Shown: in pieces, positions 9,614 through 15,996 of the stretch
How positions within the stretch are numbered: position 1 is the stretch's first letter
Layout of the letters: each line of letters opens with the position of its first letter
Assembly: GCA_964454175.1 (NCBI GenBank)
Contig: CAYVSA010000047.1
Location: forward strand, 1 to 15,996
From: an uncultured Pseudomonadota bacterium
GTDB lineage: Bacteria; BMS3Abin14
Direction of reading: 5' to 3'
DNA length: 15,996 nt
The notes under the pieces: model-generated
Databases searched by the model: none
The model's input: the letters and a program-made list of their open reading frames with translations, nothing else
Told to the model about the DNA's origin: nothing
Translations under genes and position numbers: made by a program

Positions 9614-9665
9614 CTCAATTGCTCCATTGGCTGATCATATCGAAAAGGTCTGAAAAGTTAGAGAC

Positions 9666-10064
9666 CTACCAGATATAGCAGAGGACCTCGCCGCCCACTT
9701 TCATCCTTCTGGATTCCCTGTCGGCAACTACACCCTTGGAAGTAGACAGAATGGCGATCCCAAGACCGTTCAAGACCTTTGGTATCTCCCGTGATCCAAC
9801 ATATACCCGCCTACCCGGCTTACTTATTCGCTCCAGGTGAATAATCGCAGGGGTCTCCTGCTCAACATACTTGAGAGTAACCCTCAGAACGCCCTGTTTG
9901 CTGTCCTTCAGGACCCTGTAATCCTTTATATAGCCCTCGTCCTTCAAGATCCTGGCAATCCCCTCCTTGAGATAGGACATGGGGATGTCCACCTTTTCCT
10001 TACCGCTCATAAGAGCGTTGCGGATCCGGGTGAGCATATCGGCTATGGGATCGGTCATGGCCAT
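9666..10064 (-). CDS. rpsH: 30S ribosomal protein S8
   Basis: [42 protein letters not shown]. Confidence 0.99.
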   Translation of the reverse strand: MAMTDPIADMLTRIRNALMSGKEKVDIPMSYLKEGIARILKDEGYIKDYRVLKDSKQGVLRVTLKYVEQETPAIIHLERISKPGRRVYVGSREIPKVLNGLGIAILSTSKGVVADRESRRMKVGGEVLCYIW

Positions 10065-10076
10065 TGATCTAACCTC

Positions 10077-10262
10077 CTACCAGCTGGCTTTCACCACACC
10101 GGGAATTTCGCCGTTAAGAGCTCTGGTACGAAAACATATACGGCACATGCCGAAGCGTCTCAGATAACCGCGGGACCGACCGCACAGGGGGCAGCGATTG
10201 TACCCCCTCACCTTGAACTTCGGTTCTTTTTGCGCTTTGTTAACCAGCGATTTTTTTGCCAT
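10077..10262 (-). CDS. rpsN: 30S ribosomal protein S14, short zinc-binding type Z (61 aa)
   Basis: MAKKS...[32 protein letters not shown]...[11 protein letters not shown]. Confidence 0.98.
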   Translation of the reverse strand: MAKKSLVNKAQKEPKFKVRGYNRCPLCGRSRGYLRRFGMCRICFRTRALNGEIPGVVKASW

Positions 10263-10274
10263 ATCATTTCACCT

Positions 10275-10814
10275 CTAGTTCCTGAACGGCATTCCGAGAA
10301 GCTTGAGAAGCTCCCTGGCCTCCTCATCCGTCCCGGCACTCGTTACAATTGTTACGTTCATGCCTTTTAACTGCTCAACATTGTCGTAGTCAATCTCGGG
10401 GAAAATCAGCTGTTCTCTGACCCCGAGTGTATAGTTTCCCCTGCCGTCAAAAGCCTTGGGGGACGAACCCTTAAAATCCCTCACTCTGGGCAGAGCAATG
10501 TTCATCAGCCGGCTGAGAAATTCGAACATCTTTGCCTTCCGCAGGGTTACCCTGCATCCGATCGGGTTCCCCTCCCTGAGTTTGAAGTTGGCAATGGATT
10601 TTCGAGCCCGGGTGAGGACAGGCCTCTGACCTGTGATCTGGGCCATTTCCTCCATGGACGTGTCCAGGACTTTTGCATTTTCCAGAGCATCACCCAATCC
10701 CATGTTGACAACTATTTTTTCCAGTTTTGGGACCTGCATTACGTTGCTGTAGCTGAAAGTCTTCATCATGGAAGGAATAACTTCTTTTTTGAATTTTTTC
10801 TGCAGCGAGTCCAT
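10275..10814 (-). CDS. rplE: 50S ribosomal protein L5
   Basis: [47 protein letters not shown]. Confidence 0.99.
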   Translation of the reverse strand: MDSLQKKFKKEVIPSMMKTFSYSNVMQVPKLEKIVVNMGLGDALENAKVLDTSMEEMAQITGQRPVLTRARKSIANFKLREGNPIGCRVTLRKAKMFEFLSRLMNIALPRVRDFKGSSPKAFDGRGNYTLGVREQLIFPEIDYDNVEQLKGMNVTIVTSAGTDEEARELLKLLGMPFRN

Positions 10815-10827
10815 TTATATCTCCCGA

Positions 10828-11148
10828 TCAATCGAAGGACTCTCCGCACCCTGCGCAGAGTCTTACCTTGTTTCCGTCTTCCAGATGATTACTTTTGGTC
10901 CTCACGCCCTTGCCGCACTTCTGACAAAAGAGCATTACGTTTGAAACATGCAGAGAACCCTCTCTCTCGATGATACCGCCCTGTCTCGTCTCTCCGGAAG
11001 GTTTCTGATGCCGCTTAATAAAATTTACCTTCTCCACAACAACCCTGTCCTTGTCAGTGATGACTTTCAGGACCTTGCCTTTTTTGCCTCTTTCCTTGCC
11101 TGACCTGACAACAACCATGTCGTCTTTTCTGATCCCTATTCCAGCCAT
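10828..11148 (-). CDS. rplX: 50S ribosomal protein L24 (106 aa)
   Basis: Start reassigned to the ATG at 11148, with a GAGGT RBS overlapping the rplN stop. KOW motif [21 protein letters not shown], then [15 protein letters not shown]. Confidence 0.97.
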   Translation of the reverse strand: MAGIGIRKDDMVVVRSGKERGKKGKVLKVITDKDRVVVEKVNFIKRHQKPSGETRQGGIIEREGSLHVSNVMLFCQKCGKGVRTKSNHLEDGNKVRLCAGCGESFD

Positions 11149-11158
11149 TTCATAGACC

Positions 11159-11527
11159 TCACAGCACCTCGGGTGCAAGGGAGACGATCTTCATGAAATT
11201 CTTTGCCCTGAGCTCGCGCGCGATGGGCCCGAAGATCCTCGTTCCAACCGGCTCCTGGTTTTCATTGATAATAACCGCCGCGTTGTTGTCGAAACGGATA
11301 TAGGAACCGTCAGTGCGGCGAACTTCCTTTTTGGTCCTAACTATTACCGCCCGGTGAACCTCTCCCTTGCGGACCTTGGATTCAGGGACAGCTTCCTTGA
11401 CGGTAACAACTATCATGTCTCCGACGCTTGCGGATTTCCTGCGCGAACCGCCCAGGATCCTGAAACAGAGGACCTTTTTGGCCCCGCTGTTGTCGGCCAC
11501 GTCGAGAACAGTTTCAACCTTGATCAT
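11159..11527 (-). CDS. rplN: 50S ribosomal protein L14
   Basis: [41 protein letters not shown]. Confidence 0.99.
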   Translation of the reverse strand: MIKVETVLDVADNSGAKKVLCFRILGGSRRKSASVGDMIVVTVKEAVPESKVRKGEVHRAVIVRTKKEVRRTDGSYIRFDNNAAVIINENQEPVGTRIFGPIARELRAKNFMKIVSLAPEVL

Positions 11528-11551
11528 CTCAAACTCCCTGAGGTCCCGCCT

Positions 11552-11824
11552 CTATTCCAGCGAGCCTTTTTCTATAACGGATAGCAGCCGCCAGCGCTTT
11601 TTCCTGGAAAGCGGCCTCGTCTCCATGATCTGGACTGTATCACCGACTGCCAGCTCATTTTTCTCGTCGTGGACCATGTATTTGACCCGCCTTGTTACAT
11701 ATTTTTTGAAGACAGGGTGCGCGAATTTCCTGGAAGACTGTACGACTGCTGTCTTATCCATTCCGCTGCCGACCACCGTACCGGTGATGACCTTTCTGCC
11801 TGATCCGCTTTTAACCTCACTCAT
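11552..11824 (-). CDS. rpsQ: 30S ribosomal protein S17
   Basis: MDKTAVV, HPVFKKYV, HDEKNE..VGDTV.IMETRPLSRKKRW. Confidence 0.98.
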   Translation of the reverse strand: MSEVKSGSGRKVITGTVVGSGMDKTAVVQSSRKFAHPVFKKYVTRRVKYMVHDEKNELAVGDTVQIMETRPLSRKKRWRLLSVIEKGSLE

Positions 11825-12030
11825 GGTGTATCCTCTTTCGCCGCAGTGCTTTTCTCAGCTATGATCGTTTTTACTCTCGCCAGGTCTTTTCTGGTGAGGG
11901 ACAGACTCATGGGATTTTCCAGCTGATTGGTTGCAAGCTGGAAGCGGAGGTTAAACAGCTCCGAACTGAGGTCTTTCTCCTTCTGCTGCAGCTCTTCAAC
12001 GGTCATATCACGGAGTTGGGCAGTCTTCAT
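11821..12030 (-). CDS. rpmC: 50S ribosomal protein L29
   Basis: [17 protein letters not shown]...[13 protein letters not shown] overlaps with both neighbours. Confidence 0.98.
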   Translation of the reverse strand: MKTAQLRDMTVEELQQKEKDLSSELFNLRFQLATNQLENPMSLSLTRKDLARVKTIIAEKSTAAKEDTP

Positions 12031-12443
12031 CGCCTATCCTCCCTTGATACGATCCTCGCCTTGATGGGTAGCTTGTGAATTGCAAGTCTGAGTGCCTCCC
12101 GGGCAACGGACTCCGTAACACCTTCGATCTCGTACATGATCCTTCCGGGCTTGACCACGGCTACCCAGGCTTCCGGGGCACCCTTGCCCTTTCCCATCCT
12201 TGTCTCGGCAGGCTTGGCTGTTACCGGTTTGTCCGGGAATATCCTGATCCAGACCTTTCCGCCCCTTTTTACATATCTCGTCATGGCTATACGGGCTGAC
12301 TCTATCTGCCTGGAAGTGATCCACCCGGGAGCAAGTGCCTGGATCCCGAAATCGCCGAAATTCAGGGTGTTACCCCTTCTGGCAGCGCCTCTCATCCTCC
12401 CGCGGCTCTGTTTCCGGAACTTTACTTTCTTGGGCATTAACAT
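12027..12443 (-). CDS. rplP: 50S ribosomal protein L16
   Basis: [42 protein letters not shown]. Confidence 0.99.
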   Translation of the reverse strand: MLMPKKVKFRKQSRGRMRGAARRGNTLNFGDFGIQALAPGWITSRQIESARIAMTRYVKRGGKVWIRIFPDKPVTAKPAETRMGKGKGAPEAWVAVVKPGRIMYEIEGVTESVAREALRLAIHKLPIKARIVSREDRR

Positions 12444-12497
12444 GACGCAATCTCCGTTTTATCCGCGACGGTAAAAACCGCGGCTCCATACCCGTAC

Positions 12498-13154
12498 CTA
12501 CCTGGCCTGGGGCTCTTCACTCTCCCTGGCAGACATTACCTCGCCTTTGAAGATCCATACCTTGACCCCGATAATTCCATAAGTAGTCTTGGCTTCGGCG
12601 AACCCGTAATCTATGTCCGCGCGGAGGGTCTGAAGGGGCACACGTCCTTCTCTGTACCACTCCCTCCTGGACATCTCGGCGCCGTTGAGTCTTCCAGAGC
12701 ACATAACCTTGATGCCTTCAGCGCCGAATCTCAGTGCAGAGGCAACGCTCCTCTTGAGTGCCCTCCTGAAAGCCACTCGGCGAAGAAGCTGGCTGGCAAT
12801 ATTCTCGGCAACCAACTGTGCTTCAACTTCCGGTTTCCTGATCTCGATAATATTCACAAAGATGTCCTTGTCGGTCATCTTCTGTATGTCTCTGCGGAGA
12901 AGTTCAACTTCGGAACCTTTCTTGCCGATAATTATCCCTGGTCTGGCGGCATGGATGTTAATCCTTGCGCGCTTTGCCGTCCGCTCGATGATGATGTCGG
13001 ATATGCCCGCGTGGAAGAGCTTTTCCTTGATAAAGCCCCTGATCCTGATGTCTTCATGAAGAAGGCGGGCATAGTCTTTCTCTGCGTACCACCGGGAGTC
13101 CCAGTCCCTGATGATCCCTAAACGGAACCCCTTAGGGTGAACTTTCTGACCCAC
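12498..13154 (-). CDS. rpsC: 30S ribosomal protein S3, GTG start
   Basis: [47 protein letters not shown]. Confidence 0.99.
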   Translation of the reverse strand: MGQKVHPKGFRLGIIRDWDSRWYAEKDYARLLHEDIRIRGFIKEKLFHAGISDIIIERTAKRARINIHAARPGIIIGKKGSEVELLRRDIQKMTDKDIFVNIIEIRKPEVEAQLVAENIASQLLRRVAFRRALKRSVASALRFGAEGIKVMCSGRLNGAEMSRREWYREGRVPLQTLRADIDYGFAEAKTTYGIIGVKVWIFKGEVMSARESEEPQAR

Positions 13155-13156
13155 GT

Positions 13157-13498
13157 TTATCCTCCTGACTTCTCTTCGAGCACGACCGTGATGTGGCTGG
13201 ACCTTTTTCTGATAACAGTAGCCCTGCCCATGGCCCTGGGCATGAACCTCTTCATTGTAGGTCCTTCATCCACAAAAGCAGACTTTATGACCAGGCTGTC
13301 GGCATCCATACCCTTGGTGTTTTCCGCGTTGGCGACAGCAGACTTGATAACTTTGGCGATAACAGGGGATGATGCCTTGTGTACGAGCTCAAGGATATTC
13401 AGAGCCTCGTTAACACTTCTGCCCCTGACCAAGTCCATAACCAGGCGAACCTTTCTGGGCGCTATTCGAACAAATTTCGCTTTGGCAAGTGCTTCCAT
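13157..13498 (-). CDS. rplV: 50S ribosomal protein L22
   Basis: [51 protein letters not shown]. Confidence 0.99.
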   Translation of the reverse strand: MEALAKAKFVRIAPRKVRLVMDLVRGRSVNEALNILELVHKASSPVIAKVIKSAVANAENTKGMDADSLVIKSAFVDEGPTMKRFMPRAMGRATVIRKRSSHITVVLEEKSGG

Positions 13499-13510
13499 GA
13501 TCTGATTCCC

Positions 13511-13792
13511 CTACTTGGATCCTCTCCTGTCAGACTTTGACGTGTGGCCCCTGTAGGTCCTGGTGGGAGAAAACTCCCCCAGCCTGTGACCAACCATGTT
13601 CTCGGAGACGAAAACGGGTACGAATTTTCTGCCGTTGTGGACTGCAAATGTATAGCCGACCATGTCAGGTGTGATCATGGACCGACGCGACCACGTCTTG
13701 ATAACTTTTTTATCCCCGGTCTCCTCCATCAACTGGACTTTCTTCTGCAGGTGTTCGTCTACAAAGGGACCCTTTTTTATGGACCTGGCCAA
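13511..13792 (-). CDS. rpsS: 30S ribosomal protein S19, TTG start
   Basis: [36 protein letters not shown]. Confidence 0.99.
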   Translation of the reverse strand: MARSIKKGPFVDEHLQKKVQLMEETGDKKVIKTWSRRSMITPDMVGYTFAVHNGRKFVPVFVSENMVGHRLGEFSPTRTYRGHTSKSDRRGSK

Positions 13793-13807
13793 AATCTTCC
13801 TCCTGTC

Positions 13808-14629
13808 CTATGACCGCCTCTTGACGATATAGCGGTCCGAGTTCCGGTTCTTGCGTGTCTTGAAGCCCTTGGTGGGCTTTCCCCAGGGTGTGCAGGGATG
13901 ACGGCCACCAGAGCTTTTACCCTCTCCGCCGCCCATTGGATGGTCAACCGGGTTCATGGCAACGCCCCTCACGTTTGGGCGCTTTCCGAGCCATCTTGAC
14001 CTGCCCGCCTTGCCTATACTGATAATCTCGTGGTGCGGATTGGACAGCTCACCGATGGTAGCTTTGCACTCGAGGCGAATGAGCCTGATCTCCCCCGATG
14101 GAAGTCTGATATGGGCAAACTCTCCCTCCTTGGCCATGAGCCTGGCGTGTCCGCCTGCACTCCTGACCAACTGCCCGCCCTTGCTTTCCTTCATCTCAAT
14201 GTTGTGTATGCTGGTGCCCGCAGGAATGTTCTTCAGCCTCTTCGTGTTTCCAGGCCTGATATCAGCATCCGGACCGGACAATATCGTGTCCCCCACATTC
14301 AGGTTCTGGGGGGCAAGAATATAGCGTTTCTCTCCATCAGCATAGACAACCAGGGCAATATGACAGGACCTGTTCGGATCGTATTCAACAGTTCTCACTC
14401 TGGCCGGGATCCCGTCCTTGTCCCTCTTGAAATCAATTATCCTGTAGCGTCTCTTGTGACCACCGCCGCGGTGCCAGGAGGTGACCCTCCCGGTATTATT
14501 CCTGCCGCCGGTCTTGCGAAGTGGGGCCAGGAGGCTTTTTTCCGGTTTCGAGGTAGTGATCTCCGCAAAATCGGAGACAGTCATAAAGCGTCTGCCCGGC
14601 GATGTAGGCTTCATTTTCTTAATACCCAT
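13808..14629 (-). CDS. rplB: 50S ribosomal protein L2 (273 aa)
   Basis: Start reassigned to the ATG at 14629 ([18 protein letters not shown] upstream; avoids overlap with rplW). Motifs EYDPNRS and [17 protein letters not shown]. Confidence 0.98.
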   Translation of the reverse strand: MGIKKMKPTSPGRRFMTVSDFAEITTSKPEKSLLAPLRKTGGRNNTGRVTSWHRGGGHKRRYRIIDFKRDKDGIPARVRTVEYDPNRSCHIALVVYADGEKRYILAPQNLNVGDTILSGPDADIRPGNTKRLKNIPAGTSIHNIEMKESKGGQLVRSAGGHARLMAKEGEFAHIRLPSGEIRLIRLECKATIGELSNPHHEIISIGKAGRSRWLGKRPNVRGVAMNPVDHPMGGGEGKSSGGRHPCTPWGKPTKGFKTRKNRNSDRYIVKRRS

Positions 14630-14643
14630 CTGCTTCTCCCGGA

Positions 14644-14934
14644 TTAAACGCCCTCGAAGAACTCGATCGTGCTGCCTTCTGCGAGGGTAACTATGGCCTT
14701 TTTCCAATCCCGGCGTTTGCCAAGGTGGCGGCCCATGCGTTTTACCTTGCCCTTCATATTCATGACATTTACAGTCTCGACAGAAACCTTGAAAGCTTCT
14801 TCAATAGCTTTTTTTATCTCGATCTTGTTGGCGTCTTTGGCTACCTCGAAGACCACCTTGTTCTGAAGTTCCTTCAGAATAGCGTTCTTTTCGGTGATGA
14901 GCGGCCTGAGTATGATCTGGTTGTAAGGTCTCAT
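14644..14934 (-). CDS. rplW: 50S ribosomal protein L23
   Basis: [38 protein letters not shown]. Confidence 0.98.
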   Translation of the reverse strand: MRPYNQIILRPLITEKNAILKELQNKVVFEVAKDANKIEIKKAIEEAFKVSVETVNVMNMKGKVKRMGRHLGKRRDWKKAIVTLAEGSTIEFFEGV

Positions 14935-15551
14935 TCGGCCTGAACTCCTTCCAAAGCCTCAATGGCTCCCTTTGTCAGGACCAGCGTATCGAAGGAGAGG
15001 ATGTCGTATGTATTGACCCTGGCTGCCGGCACAACCTTCACCCATGACAGGTTTGATGATGCTCTGGCCAGATCCTCGGTAACCTCCTCGACTACCAGGA
15101 GAGCACTGACAATATCAAGCCTGTCCATCATTTCCACAAGAAGCCTGGTCCTGGGGGATTCAAGGCTGATCTCATCCAGAACGACAAGTGAATCAGTCTG
15201 AACCCGGTGGGCAAGAGCACTCCTGATCGCTTTTCTGGAGGCCTTCTTGTTCATCTTTTTGGCAAAGGACCTTGGTGTGGGGCCGAATACAATGCCGCCA
15301 CCCCTCATTTGTGAAGCACGGGTGGTACCTTGTCTGGCGCGACCGGTCCCTTTTTGCCGGAAGGGCTTTTTCCCGCCTCCCCGGACGTCTGAGCGACTCT
15401 TTGTACTCAATGTACCCCTCCTGGCTCCTGCCAAAGCGGCAACCACGGCCTGATGCACGAGGGGTCCATTTACAGGGTCGTCCCACCAGGAGGCAAGATC
15501 TACCTTCCCAACGACTTCCTTCTCACTGTTAACTACTTCAACCTGAGGCAT
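14931..15551 (-). CDS. rplD: 50S ribosomal protein L4
   Basis: [42 protein letters not shown]. Confidence 0.98.
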   Translation of the reverse strand: MPQVEVVNSEKEVVGKVDLASWWDDPVNGPLVHQAVVAALAGARRGTLSTKSRSDVRGGGKKPFRQKGTGRARQGTTRASQMRGGGIVFGPTPRSFAKKMNKKASRKAIRSALAHRVQTDSLVVLDEISLESPRTRLLVEMMDRLDIVSALLVVEEVTEDLARASSNLSWVKVVPAARVNTYDILSFDTLVLTKGAIEALEGVQAE

Positions 15552-15562
15552 TTCACACCCGC

Positions 15563-15874
15563 CTACGAAAGTTTGATTTCCACGTCAACACCGGCAGATA
15601 GATCCAGCTTCATAAGCGCATCTACTGTCTGGGGCGTGGGTTCCACAATGTCCAGCATCCTTTTGTGGACGCGGATCTCGAACTGTTCTCTCGATTTTTT
15701 ATCAACATGGGGCGAGCGAAGCACTGTATAGATACTGCGCCTTGTAGGAAGCGGGATCGGGCCGCACACCCTGGCACCGGTCCTCCTGGCAGTCTCAACG
15801 ATCTCTGTGACCGATGTGTCCAGGACCCGATGGTCGTACGCCTTCAGTTTGATCCTAATTTTTTGCTGTTCCAT
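15563..15874 (-). CDS. rpsJ: 30S ribosomal protein S10
   Basis: [39 protein letters not shown]. Confidence 0.99.
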   Translation of the reverse strand: MEQQKIRIKLKAYDHRVLDTSVTEIVETARRTGARVCGPIPLPTRRSIYTVLRSPHVDKKSREQFEIRVHKRMLDIVEPTPQTVDALMKLDLSAGVDVEIKLS

Positions 15875-15925
15875 TACCCGATTCCTTTCCTGCCTTTTTA
15901 AAGCTGAACGCCCGACAGGCCATAG

Positions 15926-15996
15926 CTACTTTATGATCTCGGCAACGACCCCGGCTCCCACTGTTCTGCCGCCCTCGCGGATGGCAAAACGAAGCT
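15926..15996 (-). CDS. tuf: Elongation factor Tu, C-terminal fragment (5' partial)
   Basis: Hand translation gives LRFAIREGGRTVGAGVVAEIIK*, the conserved EF-Tu C-terminus, directly upstream of rpsJ. Confidence 0.96.
   Translation of the reverse strand, partial: LRFAIREGGRTVGAGVVAEIIK

Noticed and set aside
2903-13792. Several non-ATG starts (TTG for rpsD, secY, rpsS; GTG for rpsM, rplR, rpsC) and ATGA overlaps
   Set aside because: These are ordinary for translationally coupled ribosomal protein operons.
7917-14707. Apparent N-terminal extensions on L30 (start 8168), L24 (start 11178) and L2 (start 14707)
   Set aside because: These are artefacts of longest-ORF calling. They overlap upstream genes, and downstream ATGs with good RBSs give normal-length proteins.
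2198-15901. Many other plus-strand ORFs and alternative-frame minus-strand ORFs (e.g. 5637-6209, 6689-7432, 7545-8144, 14030-14647)
   Set aside because: All lie over highly conserved housekeeping genes and show no recognisable motifs. None resembles L3.

Overview
This window holds the core S10-spc-alpha ribosomal protein gene cluster of a bacterium, entirely on the minus strand. In transcription order it reads: 3' end of tuf, rpsJ, rplD, rplW, rplB, rpsS, rplV, rpsC, rplP, rpmC, rpsQ, rplN, rplX, rplE, rpsN (zinc type), rpsH, rplF, rplR, rpsE, rpmD, rplO, secY, adk, map, infA, rpmJ, rpsM, rpsK, rpsD, rpoA, rplQ. An intrinsic terminator follows, then an intergenic stretch with two degenerate heptamer tandem arrays, then the 5' part of an ECF/CbiO-type ABC ATPase that appears to be a fused tandem-NBD protein. 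Protein style and gene order suggest a deltaproteobacterial (Desulfobacterota-like) or similar lineage; this is inference only. The main anomaly is that rplC (L3), normally between rpsJ and rplD, is absent, with only 11 bp separating the two genes. Other points of note are a ~107-aa Lys-rich, histone-like tail on L17 with pentapeptide repeats, and Cys-motif (putative zinc-binding) versions of S4, S14, L36, L24 and Adk. I see no mobile element, CRISPR array, RNA gene or clearly new multi-gene system.
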